Part shown: piece after piece, positions 18,981-29,993 of the stretch
Layout: every line of letters starts with the position of its first letter
Position numbering within the stretch: the first letter of the stretch is position 1
Assembly: GCA_963737905.1 (NCBI GenBank)
Contig: CAVTUQ010000013.1
Coordinates: 32,001 to 96,000 of the forward strand
Direction of reading: 5' to 3'
Length of the DNA: 64,000 nt
Source: an uncultured delta proteobacterium
Lineage (GTDB): Bacteria > Desulfobacterota > Binatia > UBA9968
Program-made: the position numbers and the translations under genes
The notes under the pieces: generated by a model
The model's database searches: none
Told to the model about the DNA's origin: nothing
The model's input: the letters and a program-made list of their open reading frames with translations, nothing else

Positions 18981-20027
18981 ATGATGAAAAAAGCTGCCTG
19001 ACCCTAGTCGGCATCGGGAGCATTTGCTTTTTCTCTTGCTCTGCCCGATGCCTCCGCGGAAGACTTTTACAAGGGCAAGACCATCCGTTTCATCGTCGGC
19101 TACGCGCCCGGCGGCGGCTACGATACCTATACCCGCGCCATCGCTCGCCACATCGGCAAACACATTCCCGGAAATCCTTCTGCCGTTGTTGACAACATGG
19201 AGGGTGCGGGGAGCCTTTTAGCGGCGAATTACATGTTCAACAAAGCCGAGCCCGATGGGCTCACGGTGGGCGATTTCAATAGCGGCATGGTGACCCAGCA
19301 AGCGTTGGGGGCAAAAGGGATCCGGTTCGACGCCCGGAAGTTCGGCTGGGTCGGGTCCCCCGGCAAGGGATGGCCGACATGCATGGTGATGGGATTTACC
19401 GGGCTCAAAACCCTCGACGATGTCATCAAATCGGGAGATCAGCTTAAGTTCGGCGGAACCCGAGCCGGCGCTTCCTCGGATGATTTGCCAAAGCTCATGG
19501 ATGCGCTGATGGGAACCCATCTTCAGGTCATCTCCGGATACAAAGGCACCGGTCCGATACGTGTTGCTCTACAGCGCCGCGAGATCAACGCGCTTTGCTC
19601 CGGCTGGGAATCCATGCGCGTCACCGCGCGCGCCATGCTGGACGCCAAGGGTGATGACAAATTAATTCCTTTCGTAATTCACGGCCACGTAGAAGATCCT
19701 GAGGTTAAGGATCTGCCCCAATACACGAAAGTGATTAAGGGTGAAGAAAATGTGAAGGCCTTCAAGGCCTGGGCCAACCAATATGATTTTCAGCGGCCCC
19801 TGATGGTTCCACCGAAAACCCCAAAAGATAGATTGCAGGTCTTGCGCAAAGGATTGCAAGAAATCGTCGCGGACCCGGAATTTTTGGCGGAAGCAAAAAA
19901 GAGCAAGATGGTCATCGATAAAGTGACCGGCGAGGATATCGAGCGATCTGTAGAGGAAATTTTAACGATTACGCCGGCAGTTAAGAAAAAACTCATGGTT
20001 CTGGCACCGGCCAAGGCGAGCAAGTAA
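18981..20027 (+). CDS. TctC/Bug-family binding protein 1 (frameshift in signal peptide)
   Basis: GGAGG RBS; FYKGKTIRFIVGYAPGGGYDTY; NMEGAGS; FGWVGS. Confidence 0.85.
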
Positions 20028-20093
20028 CGCATCGGAAAAAGAAATGGAGTTTAGAATCCACCGGCTCGGCCGGCAACAATAACGGGAGACTTT

Positions 20094-21099
20094 ATGAATA
20101 AAACATGCATCGGACTGGTTTTACTGCTTTCCCTGTTCGCTTTTCCAGTGAATTCTCACGCGGCGGACCAAGTTCGTTTCGCCTACATCTCCGACTCTCC
20201 GGGGTCCTCGGCTCCCTACTGGATCGCCAAAGAAGCGGGGATCTTCAAGAAGTACGGCCTGGACACCGAACTGATCTTCATCAACGGCAGCACGCGAGGA
20301 ATCCAAAGCATGATCGCCGGCGATATTGATTTTGCGGGCGCAGTGGGCACCTCAGCGATGAATGGCGCTATGGCCGGCGGCGACGTTATGATCGTCGACA
20401 GTCTCGTCAATACCCTTCCGTACTACATTATCGGCAAGTCGAGCATTAAATCACCGGAGGACCTCAAAGGCCGCTCCGCCGCTACGCATATTCCCGGGAC
20501 GTCGGCCGATTTTGCGCTGCGTCTTGCGCTGCGGAAATTTGGCATCGATTACACGGACATCAAAGCTGTCATGGTCGGGGGCGCGGCGGCCCGCGTCGCG
20601 GCCGTGCATCAATGGACAGGTGGATTTTACGATGGTGACCGATTCGGGAAAAATTCAAGGAGAGAAGGCGGGGTTGAAGGTCATCATCGACATGGCCAAA
20701 TTGAAAATCCCGTTTCAATTTACCTGCACGGTAACCACGAAAGCGATCACCCGAGCGCGTCCGCAAACGGTGGAAAGCATGGTCAAGGCGGTGGCCGAGG
20801 CCGTGCATTTCTTTAAGAACAACAAAGAGGAATCCATCAAAATCATGTCGAAGTATACCCGCGGGCAGAAACCCGATGTTCTTGAGGGTTCTTGGGTAGC
20901 CTACAAAGATCTCTTAGTGGAAGACACCTATCCTACGTTGGAAGGTCTGGACGATACTCTGGCAGTCCAAGCCAACTGGGATCCAAAGGCCGCAAAAGTA
21001 AAGGCGGCGGATTTCGTCGATCTTCGCTTCGTCGATAATTTAAAGAAGAGCGGCTTCCTAGAAAAACTGTATGGCGGAGCCAAGCTGAGCAAGTTTTAA
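20094..21099 (+). CDS. NMT1/SsuA-like binding protein, paralog of 16468 (frameshift near 20605)
   Basis: Long identical stretches with 16468 (FAGAVGTSAMNGAMAGGD, KSPEDLKGRSAATHIPGTSADFALRLAL), split over two frames. Confidence 0.85.
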
Positions 21100-21190
21100 A
21101 GACTCTCAGGAGATCAACGGAACCTCACGAAATACGCTGACGGGGGATCACTTCGATTACTAACCTCTAACAAAAACAAAGGAGGATGCC

Positions 21191-22242
21191 ATGAAAAGAC
21201 AAATCACCCTTGCCGCAGTGATTATCGGCGCGGGACTGCTACTTAGTCTCTCCCCTACGATGGCCACAGCCGAGGACTTTTACCAGGGCAAAACCATCCG
21301 ATTTATCGTCGGCGCTCCCGCCGGAGGAGGTTACGATACTATACTCGGACAATCGCGCGCCATCTTGGCAAACATATTCCGGGAAACCCATCGATGGTCG
21401 TGGATAACATGGACGGAGCAGGGTCACTGATCGCTGCAATTACGTTATAACAAAGCTGAGCCAGATGGTCTGTCCATCGGCGTTTGGATCAGCGGACAGA
21501 TTATACGTCAAGCCTTGGCGATAGAGGCCCCAGATTTGACGGCCGAAAATTCGGCTGGATCGGCGCGCCGAGCACGGGGGACCCGACCTGCGCAATCATG
21601 GGTTTCACCGGGTTCAAAACTTGGGATGACGTGCTCCATTCCAAGCGTCCGATCAGAATGGGCGGTGTGCGAGCGGGGACCTCATATGACGATGTGCCGA
21701 CCATTTTAAACAACGTGGCGGGAACAAAATTTGAAGTGATAACGGGCTATCGGGGCACCTCCCCCATCCGTCTGGCGATGCAGAAGCAGGAAGTCGAAGG
21801 GGCGTGCTTGGGGTGGGAATCGATGCGGGTTTCGAATCGAGCCATGCTCGACGCGAAGGGTAATGACAAACTGATTCCCTTCATTACCTATAATAAGAAG
21901 TTTGAAGATCCCGAAGTTAAGGGTCTGCCGCTGTTTACCGAGGTCATAAAGGGCGAAGACAATCTGGCGACGTTTACAACTTGGGCGGCCTCTTATGAGT
22001 TCCAGCGGCCTTTTTCAGTACCGCCGGGAACGCCCCCGGAGCGGCTTGAGACCTTGCGCAAAGCCTTCGCCGCAACTTTGAGAGATCCGGAATTATTAAC
22101 CGAAGCAAACAAGTCTAAGCTCTATATTGATCCCGTATCAGGGGAAGAGGTCGACGGATATGTAAAGCAGATATATTCAATGTCGAAGAAAGTGAAGCAA
22201 AATCTAAGCTTTGGTGAAATCAACCAGAAGAAAAGTAACTGA
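21191..22242 (+). CDS. TctC/Bug-family binding protein 2 (frameshifts 21340-21520)
   Basis: FYQGKTIRFIVGAPAGGGYDT; C-terminal part paralogous to neighbours. Confidence 0.82.
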
Positions 22243-22276
22243 TTCGATCTAAAACATCGCGCGCAAGGAGGATTAG

Positions 22277-23329
22277 ATGATGAAAAGACTTGGACTACTG
22301 GCCGTCACGACTGCGGCGTTTATTGCGACAGGTAACATGTCAAACGTGACTGCCGAAGACTTTTACAAAGACAAGACGATTCGGGTCACCGTGGGCTTGG
22401 CCCCGGGCGGAGGCTACGACACGTACGCGAGAGCTGTTGCCCGCCATATGGGGAAACATATCCCGGGCAACCCGAGTTTCGTTGTCGATAACATGGAGGG
22501 CGCGGGAAGCCTGATCGCGGCTAACTATACTTACAATAAAGCCGACCGCGACGGCACCTTTATCGGGGTATGGAACAGCGCGTATATTCTTTATCAAGCG
22601 CTTGGCGATAAGGCCGTCAGATTGGACGGCAAAAAGCTCAACTGGATCGGCGCGCCCGTCAAAGGCTCACCGAGCTGCAGCATCATGGGCTTTACCGGCC
22701 TCAAGACCATGGACGAAGTTGTCAAGTCCGGGAAGGCGTTAAAGATGGGATCCACCAGGGCGGGTTCTACATATAACGATTTGCCGATGATCTTGAATCA
22801 GACCGTGGGCACGAAGTTTAACGTGATCAATGGCTATAAGGGCACATCGCTAATCACGGTCGCTATGCGATCGAAGGAAATCGAAGGCGGCTGCTGGGGC
22901 TGGGAGTCGGCGCGCGTTACTGCCCGCGCCATGTTGGATGCGACTGGAGACCAGAAACTCATACCGATCCTTGTTCACCGGAAGTGGGAGGATCCGGAGC
23001 TTGCCAACGTACCCATCATACGCGACTACATTAAAGCAAAGGCTGGTGATGATGGCGTGAAGCTTTACAACACCTGGGTCAATCAATATGAGTTCCAGCG
23101 TCCGTGGGTGATGCCTCCGGGAGTTCCCAAAGATCGCGTGGAAATTTTGCGTAAGGCGTTCAAGGCGACTTTCGAAGACCCCGAATTTCTTGACGAAGCT
23201 AAAAAGACCAAACTCGAACTCGTTTACGTTGGCTCCGACGAGATCAACGGTCTCGTGAAAGAGATTCTCAATATTTCGCCGAAGGCAAAAGCGGGACTTC
23301 AGTTTCTAATTCGGAAGACAACGAACTAG
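22277..23329 (+). CDS. TctC/Bug-family binding protein 3
   Basis: VGLAPGGGYDTYAR, NMEGAGSL, PPGVPKDRV. Confidence 0.9.
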   Translation: MMKRLGLLAVTTAAFIATGNMSNVTAEDFYKDKTIRVTVGLAPGGGYDTYARAVARHMGKHIPGNPSFVVDNMEGAGSLIAANYTYNKADRDGTFIGVWNSAYILYQALGDKAVRLDGKKLNWIGAPVKGSPSCSIMGFTGLKTMDEVVKSGKALKMGSTRAGSTYNDLPMILNQTVGTKFNVINGYKGTSLITVAMRSKEIEGGCWGWESARVTARAMLDATGDQKLIPILVHRKWEDPELANVPIIRDYIKAKAGDDGVKLYNTWVNQYEFQRPWVMPPGVPKDRVEILRKAFKATFEDPEFLDEAKKTKLELVYVGSDEINGLVKEILNISPKAKAGLQFLIRKTTN

Positions 23330-23400
23330 CCGTAGTTTCAGCGCTCGGATTTCAGCAGATACCGCCACGAGTCTGAAGAGAAAGCGTTCAAGGAGGAGTT

Positions 23401-24447
23401 ATGAGAAAAATCCTTTTGCTTAATAGTGCTGTCTCCTTTGTGTTCGTCTTCTTTTCGGCGCTTTTGAGTCCGGCTTTAGCCGCGGATTTCTACCAGGGAA
23501 AAAACATTCGCTTCATCGTCGGCTTCGCCGCTGGTGGCGGTTATGACGCCTACGCTCGCACGGTCGGCCGATATATCGGCAGGTATATTCCGGGGAATCC
23601 TTCGATCACGGTGGAAAACATGGACGGTGCCGGGAGCGCGATCGCCACCAACTACATGTACAACAAGGCTGAAAAGGATGGTTTGAACGTAGGTATTTGG
23701 AATTCACAAAACATCTTCAACCAGATGATGGGAGATCCAAGCCTGCGCATGGACGGCCGAAAATTCGGCTGGATCGGTTCGCCCAGCAAGGATTCCGTCG
23801 CCTGCGCTATCATGGGTTTCGCCGGTCCCAAGACCTTCGCTGAAATCGTCAAGTCGAATAAACCCTTACGCATGGGCGCCACCAGGGCCGGCAACACGAC
23901 GCAACTGCCAGAAATGTTAAACCACTGGGCCGGCGCCAAATTTGAAATCATCCGGGGCTATACGGGTACTTCAAAAATTCGTCTCGCGATGCGCTCCCAT
24001 GAGGTGGATGGTGCTTGCTGGACGTGGGATTCCATGAGGTCCACGGCTCGGTCAATGCTCGATGCCAAGGGCGGCGACCAGCTGGTCCCCTTCATCATCA
24101 ATGGTAAGTGGGAGGACCCCGAGGTTAAAAACATCGCCCAGTTTAATGAAGTGATTAAAGATAAGGACAATCTTAACGCGTTTAACACGTGGAACTCAGC
24201 TAACGAATTTGCTCGCCCTTTCTCGCTTCCTCCGGGCTCGCCGCCCGAGGCGCTCAGCATCCTGCGCAAAGCCTTCAAGGCGACGATCGAAGACAAAGAC
24301 TATATCGCCGATGCCAATAAATCGAAGCTTCCAGTCGACTATATTTCCGGGGAACAAGCGGATCAGTACGTCAAACAAATTTATTCAATTTCCCCCGAAG
24401 TCAAGAAGCGGCTTGAATTTTTGGTGAAGAAACCGAAAACCTCCTAG
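23401..24447 (+). CDS. TctC/Bug-family binding protein 4
   Basis: VGFAAGGGYDAYAR, NMDGAGS. Confidence 0.9.
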   Translation: MRKILLLNSAVSFVFVFFSALLSPALAADFYQGKNIRFIVGFAAGGGYDAYARTVGRYIGRYIPGNPSITVENMDGAGSAIATNYMYNKAEKDGLNVGIWNSQNIFNQMMGDPSLRMDGRKFGWIGSPSKDSVACAIMGFAGPKTFAEIVKSNKPLRMGATRAGNTTQLPEMLNHWAGAKFEIIRGYTGTSKIRLAMRSHEVDGACWTWDSMRSTARSMLDAKGGDQLVPFIINGKWEDPEVKNIAQFNEVIKDKDNLNAFNTWNSANEFARPFSLPPGSPPEALSILRKAFKATIEDKDYIADANKSKLPVDYISGEQADQYVKQIYSISPEVKKRLEFLVKKPKTS

Positions 24448-24456
24448 GAGATATCC

Positions 24457-26574
24457 ATGCTGGAATATCTGCAAGCATTCAATCACGGGCTCATCAATGT
24501 CTTGCCCTATTTCACGCCGCACGGCACCGAAACCTTTCTCTACATGATGATCGGCATGGGGATCGGCTTCGTCGTCGGTATCCTCCCCGGTCTTGGCGGT
24601 GCGACGACCCTGGCCCTGATGCTGCCGTTTATCTACAACATGGATCCCACCACAGCGTTCGCCTTTCTGTTGGGCTCCAATGCCGTCACTGCCACCACCG
24701 GCGATGTGACTTCGGTTCTTTTTGGAGTACCTGGGGAAGGGATCTGCGCCGCAACGATTGTCGATGGCCATCCGATGGCCAAGAACGGCGAAGCCGGGCG
24801 CGCTCTGGGGGCGGCGTTAATGAGCTCCCTTGTCGGGGCGGTTTTTGGCGCTTTCATGCTGGCGCTGGCGATTCCCATCGTTAGCCCCCTGGTTCTATCC
24901 ATCGGTTCGGCGGAGTTTTTCATGCTGGCGGTGCTCGGGGTCACCTTTGTCGCCTCGCTCAGCGGAGCCAACGTTCCCAAGGGTCTCGTGGCCGGTGGGC
25001 TGGGGCTGGTGCTGGCGATGGTGGGGCTTGACCCCATTGAGAGCGTGCCGCGTTTCACCCTGGAAGGCTTTTTAGGTGAAGACAATGCGCTTTTTCTGTG
25101 GGACGGCATTTCCCTGATCAGCGTCACCATCGGGCTTTTTGCCATTCCCGAGATTATCGATCTTGCGGTTCAGGGAAGCAGCATCGCCCGCGAGGGCACC
25201 CCGACCAAGCTCGGCGGAGTGATGGAAGGGGTCAAAGACACTTTTAGACACTGGAAGCTCGTGCTTCGCTGCAGCGGCATCGGCGCCTATATTGGACTCA
25301 TTCCCGGGATGGGCGGCGGCCCGGCCCAGTGGCTCGCCTACGCCCATGCCGTGCAGAGCTCCCCCGACAAAGAGCGCTTCGGCAAGGGAGCGGTGGAAGG
25401 GGTGCTCGGCCCCGGCGCGGCGAATAACTCCAAAGAAGGCGGCTCGCTCATTCCCACGCTTGCCTTCGGCGTCCCGGGCAGCGTCTCCATGGCGATTCTT
25501 CTCGGCGCTTTTATCATCCAAGGGATCGTGCCCGGGCCCGATCTGTTGAATCCGGCCAAGTATTTAACCCTTACCTTCTCCTTTGTCTGGATCATCGTGA
25601 TCACCAACATCCTGACCGTAGCGATCTGTTTTCTCTTCCTTAACCAGATGGCCAAGATCACCTTTATCAAAGGGACCTACCTGATCCCGTTTCTTTTGTT
25701 TCTGGTTTATCTTGGTGGGTTTGCCACCAAGAATAGTTTTGGCGACATGCTGTTGATCGTGATCTTCGGCGCCATCGGCTGGCTCATGGTGAAGTTTGAC
25801 TGGCAGCGCCCGCCCTTACTGCTCGGCTTGGTCCTGGGGGGGATCGCGGAGAACAACCTGTTTATTGCCAGCCGCATCTATGGCTACAGCTGGCTCTGGC
25901 ACCCCGGCGTTTTAGTCATTGCTTTCATCATCGTTGCCGGCACGGCTTTTCCTTATTTGCAGGCCTGGTTCAAGCGTCGACGCCAAAAACGCGATCCATC
26001 CGAGATGGCTCAGAAACCGGCCCCGGTCAGGATCGAGCGCCTGCCGATTGCGACCCGCATCGGCCAATCTCTGTTCGCCCTTTTGATCTTGCTAGTCATG
26101 GCTTACGTCGTTTACGAGGCGAAGTGGGGATTCGGTTCCTGGGAACCGCGCGCCGCGCTGTTTCCCTGGACCATCGGGCTACCCTGTCTGGTGCTGGCGA
26201 TCTATGTGTTCATGAAGGATAGCCTGCAATCGACTCGCAAAGTTAAAGCGGAGGGAGCGGCTTTGTGGAGTGAACCCGAGGTCGACCCCATAGTCGAGCG
26301 CCATCGGACCCTGGCCATCGGCTGCTGGATTGTGGGCTTTTTCGTGGCCATCTGGATATTTGGATTTGTCCCGGCCTCTGCGGTAGCGACTTTTCTTTAT
26401 TTGAAATTCGGGGCCGGGGAGAAATGGCCGATATCGCTGGTCTTGACGGCGGTTTGCTGGCTGTTCTTTTTCGGTGTCTTCGACTACGCGCTGCAACTCC
26501 CCTTTCCCACCGGAAGCCTCTTCGAATGGGTCCACATCGATATTCCCGCCGTGCGCAGCGTGTTTTTCAGCTAA
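24457..26574 (+). CDS. tctA: Tripartite tricarboxylate transporter TctA fused to C-terminal TctB
   Basis: GILPGLG, GVPGEG, DGHPMAKNGEAGRALG, AANNSKEGGSLIPTLAFGVPGS; extra 4-5 TM tail ending LQLPFPTG (TctB-like). Confidence 0.9.
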   Translation: MLEYLQAFNHGLINVLPYFTPHGTETFLYMMIGMGIGFVVGILPGLGGATTLALMLPFIYNMDPTTAFAFLLGSNAVTATTGDVTSVLFGVPGEGICAATIVDGHPMAKNGEAGRALGAALMSSLVGAVFGAFMLALAIPIVSPLVLSIGSAEFFMLAVLGVTFVASLSGANVPKGLVAGGLGLVLAMVGLDPIESVPRFTLEGFLGEDNALFLWDGISLISVTIGLFAIPEIIDLAVQGSSIAREGTPTKLGGVMEGVKDTFRHWKLVLRCSGIGAYIGLIPGMGGGPAQWLAYAHAVQSSPDKERFGKGAVEGVLGPGAANNSKEGGSLIPTLAFGVPGSVSMAILLGAFIIQGIVPGPDLLNPAKYLTLTFSFVWIIVITNILTVAICFLFLNQMAKITFIKGTYLIPFLLFLVYLGGFATKNSFGDMLLIVIFGAIGWLMVKFDWQRPPLLLGLVLGGIAENNLFIASRIYGYSWLWHPGVLVIAFIIVAGTAFPYLQAWFKRRRQKRDPSEMAQKPAPVRIERLPIATRIGQSLFALLILLVMAYVVYEAKWGFGSWEPRAALFPWTIGLPCLVLAIYVFMKDSLQSTRKVKAEGAALWSEPEVDPIVERHRTLAIGCWIVGFFVAIWIFGFVPASAVATFLYLKFGAGEKWPISLVLTAVCWLFFFGVFDYALQLPFPTGSLFEWVHIDIPAVRSVFFS

Positions 26575-26600
26575 CGGTTTAATGCAGATCGGAGGACGAC

Positions 26601-27644
26601 ATGCGGAAAATTAGCAACGTTTTTGTCTTTCTATTTATGGCTCTAGTTCTTGCACCTAGCGCGAACGTTAAGGCGGCGGAGTACTATCAGGACAAGTCGA
26701 TCAGGATCGTCGTCGGTTTCACGTCCGGCGGTTTCTATGACCGTTGGGCCCGATTGCTGGCGCGCTTCATGCCAAAGTACATTCCCGGCAAACCGGAGAT
26801 GATTGTGCAGAATATGCCGGGTGCCGGCGGCCTCATCGCCGCGAATTACACCTTTAACGTGGCCCAACCCGACGGCCTGAGCGTGGCCTCGCTTTCCTAT
26901 GGTCTGTATCTCGATCAAATGGTGGGACGCAACGAGGCCAAATATGACATTCGCAAGTTTGGCTGGATCGGCTCCCCGGAAAAAAGCGACGTGCTTCTCT
27001 ACATGCGCTCTGATGCGCCGTACAAGAGTATCGAGGACATCCGCAAGGCCAGCACGCCTCCCAAATGCGGCTCCACCGGCACTTCGGGAACGGACTTTAT
27101 CCTGGCGCGTTTGCTGGAAGACACCCTCGATCTGAAAATCAACACGGTCATGGGCTATCCCGGTGGTAGTGAAATCGATCTGGCGGTGGAAAAGGGCGAA
27201 GTGCAGTGCCGCGGCATGACCTCCGCGCCTTACTTCGGCCGCGAGCCCTTCATTTCTTGGGCCAAGAGAAACTTCGTCAACGTCTTGGTATTCGGCGGCG
27301 TCAAACGCGATCCGCGCATTGCGGATACGCCGACCCTCTATGAGATATTCGACAAGGAGAACACCCCAGAAGAAAGCCGACAGGTCGCGGACGTGATCTT
27401 GCGCGGCGGCGACTTCGGCCGCCCATTGGTCACTCCTCCCGGGACCCCTGCTGATCTTATCAAGATATTGCGCGACGCCCATTCGAAAGCCATGAAGGAC
27501 CCGGCCCTTTTAGACGAAGCCAAGAAAGGCAAAATGGAAGTCGAAGCGGTGAGCGGAGAAGACCTGGAGAAGCTCGCCAACAAGATGATGAGTATGCCAC
27601 CGGCCGTAGTAAAACGAGTCAAAAATGTCCTGGCAGCGAAATAA
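26601..27644 (+). CDS. TctC/Bug-family binding protein 5
   Basis: VGFTSGGFYDRWAR, QNMPGAGG, GYPGGSEIDLAVEKGE. Confidence 0.9.
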   Translation: MRKISNVFVFLFMALVLAPSANVKAAEYYQDKSIRIVVGFTSGGFYDRWARLLARFMPKYIPGKPEMIVQNMPGAGGLIAANYTFNVAQPDGLSVASLSYGLYLDQMVGRNEAKYDIRKFGWIGSPEKSDVLLYMRSDAPYKSIEDIRKASTPPKCGSTGTSGTDFILARLLEDTLDLKINTVMGYPGGSEIDLAVEKGEVQCRGMTSAPYFGREPFISWAKRNFVNVLVFGGVKRDPRIADTPTLYEIFDKENTPEESRQVADVILRGGDFGRPLVTPPGTPADLIKILRDAHSKAMKDPALLDEAKKGKMEVEAVSGEDLEKLANKMMSMPPAVVKRVKNVLAAK

Positions 27645-27710
27645 CGCCGCGCCTGGAAACATCGACGGAAAGGTTCTACACAATTCTGAATTTCGATTGG
27701 AGGTTTCACC

Positions 27711-28751
27711 GTGAATAAACTTGCACTGATCCTAGCTGCGCTTATCTTCTACTCGATTCCCGGAGCAGCCCGGCTGTATGCTCAAACACCCTATTATCAA
27801 GGCAAAACGATTACCATCGTCGCAGGGACCAAAGCTGGCGATGTTTACGATCTCTACGCCCGTATGTTCGCGCAGTTCATGCCCAAATATATCCCGGGAA
27901 ACCCTAACATCATCGTGCAAAACATGGCAGGCGCAGGTTCTATGATCGCCGCCAACTACGTCTATAACGTCGCCAATCCCGACGGGCTAACGATCGGCGC
28001 GATCTTTCCCGCCCTTTATTTCGATCAAATCATTGGCCGGCAAGAAGTCAAGTTCGACTGGAGCAAATTCGCCTGGATCGGCAGCCCAGTCACCTCTAAT
28101 CACCTCCTGTACATGCGTGCGGATACGCCGTACAAGTCGATCGCCGACGTCGTCAAGACTTCGACTCCGCCAAAATGCGGCGCGACCGGGACCAGCTCGA
28201 CCGCCTATTATGTACCGAAGCTGCTGGATGAAGTGATTGAAACGAAGTTCGACGTCGTCCTCGGTTACCAGTCCGGACAGGATATCGACCTGGCGGTTGA
28301 AAGGGGCGAGCTGGTGTGTCGAGCGTTCACCATCACGGCTTTTTTCGCCCGTGAGCCCTTTATTACGTGGCGCAAAAACAACTTTGTGCGGGTGCTCATG
28401 CAAAGCGGCCGCAAGCGGGATCAGAGACTCAAAGAAGTTCCGACCATCTACGAGCTCATGGATCAATACAAGGCCCCGCCGGCGGGTAGAAACCTGACAA
28501 CCCTCGTCCTGGCGGCGGGTGACTTCGGCCGGCCCTACGTGCTGCCTCCCAGTACGCCGGCGGACCGCGTGAAAATTATTCGTGAAGCGTTCCAAAAAAC
28601 CTTGAGCGACGAAGCGGCTTTGGCCGACGCAAAAAAGAAACGCCTGGAGATCGACCCCAGTTCCAGCGACGAGCTGGAGAAATTGGCTAAGGAAGTGGTC
28701 AGTCAGCCTCCCGATATCGTGGCAAAAATGAAAACGCTGTTGGAAAAGTAA
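27711..28751 (+). CDS. TctC/Bug-family binding protein 6
   Basis: AGTKAGDVYDLYAR, QNMAGAGS, GYQSGQDIDLAVERGE. Confidence 0.9.
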   Translation: MNKLALILAALIFYSIPGAARLYAQTPYYQGKTITIVAGTKAGDVYDLYARMFAQFMPKYIPGNPNIIVQNMAGAGSMIAANYVYNVANPDGLTIGAIFPALYFDQIIGRQEVKFDWSKFAWIGSPVTSNHLLYMRADTPYKSIADVVKTSTPPKCGATGTSSTAYYVPKLLDEVIETKFDVVLGYQSGQDIDLAVERGELVCRAFTITAFFAREPFITWRKNNFVRVLMQSGRKRDQRLKEVPTIYELMDQYKAPPAGRNLTTLVLAAGDFGRPYVLPPSTPADRVKIIREAFQKTLSDEAALADAKKKRLEIDPSSSDELEKLAKEVVSQPPDIVAKMKTLLEK

Positions 28752-28832
28752 GTCAAATCACGAACGAACAACTAAACCTAGGCAGGATGGCACGGAGTTC
28801 AACCCTTGGCAGGAGAATAGGAGAGGTATCAG

Positions 28833-29870
28833 ATGCGACAAATTAAAGAGATAAATATCGGGTTACTGACGGTTCTGATGGTCCTTGGCTTCAGCGGCTT
28901 CGTGCAAGCCAATTCTTTGGAGGATTTGGTAGCCGGTGCCAAAAAAGAGGGGGCCTTAGAGCTCTATGGCCCGTCGACCCTCACGCCTCAAGGCGCCGAC
29001 ACGCTGGCGGCGGCCTTCAATAAAAAGTACGGCCTCAACACGAAGTTGACACTTCACCCCTCATTGAACATGACGCGCGACGTGGGAAAACTTGTAGGAA
29101 TGGCCGCCACCGGAGTGGCTCCCGAGTGGGACACGATGATCGTAACGGATGCCCACTATGCGACGCTTTGGCTGAGAAAACTCGTCGAACCCTACGATTA
29201 CAAAAGCGCGGGGGTTGATCCCCAGGTCATTCATTATGACAGCGGGTCAATTACCTTCGCCAACCAGATCGTTCTCCCGGCGTACAACAAGAAAACAATG
29301 CCCGCCAAAGATGTTCCGACGAAGTGGGAGGACCTGCTTGACCCCAAGTGGAAAGGCGGCAAGCTCGGAGTATCCACCGCAACCCATCACTTTGCCCGCC
29401 TGGCGGTGGGAGCCTGGGGCGAAGAAAAAACCGCAAAGTTCGTAAACGACATAGCGAGTCAAGAACCTGTTCTGGGAAGGCTGGCAGAATTATACAACCG
29501 CCTGCTTTTGGGTGAGATATCCATTGCGGTAACGCTTACCGACAGCAATATTAACGAAGCGAAAAAGACCGGCGCTCCCGTGGTATTTGCTGATGCAATC
29601 CAACCGGTGATTTCGCCCGCCTATCAATCAGGCGTCATTAAGGGAGCTACACATCCGAGCACCGGCCATCTCTTCTCGATTTTTCTCACTTCGGACGAAG
29701 CGCAAGATATTTGGGAAAAGTATAACGGCCAGACCTCGGCATTCGTTCCCGGCACGACCGCTTATAAATTTCTAAAGGGCAAACAAGCACTCTTCATGAA
29801 CCAGAATCAAGCCAAGACCGTGGATAAACTGGCGCGACAGTACGGCAAAATGCTCGGCTTTAACAGGTAA
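28833..29870 (+). CDS. Extracellular solute-binding protein (Fe3+/thiamine-like class)
   Basis: AGAKKEGAL, PTKWEDLLDPKWKG, ATHP; signal peptide. Confidence 0.85.
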   Translation: MRQIKEINIGLLTVLMVLGFSGFVQANSLEDLVAGAKKEGALELYGPSTLTPQGADTLAAAFNKKYGLNTKLTLHPSLNMTRDVGKLVGMAATGVAPEWDTMIVTDAHYATLWLRKLVEPYDYKSAGVDPQVIHYDSGSITFANQIVLPAYNKKTMPAKDVPTKWEDLLDPKWKGGKLGVSTATHHFARLAVGAWGEEKTAKFVNDIASQEPVLGRLAELYNRLLLGEISIAVTLTDSNINEAKKTGAPVVFADAIQPVISPAYQSGVIKGATHPSTGHLFSIFLTSDEAQDIWEKYNGQTSAFVPGTTAYKFLKGKQALFMNQNQAKTVDKLARQYGKMLGFNR

Positions 29871-29993
29871 GCGAAAAGTAGTTTATCGCTGACTCTAGTC
29901 TCGCGAATGATGCGGGTAAAATGTTCGAGGACTATGATCATTTTCTCGGATTGCACATAGGATTGGCAGTAAGCAAACTATGAAGGAATTAAG

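Noticed and set aside
28788-28803. TGGCACG sigma54-like -24 element
   Set aside because: No GC at the -12 position.
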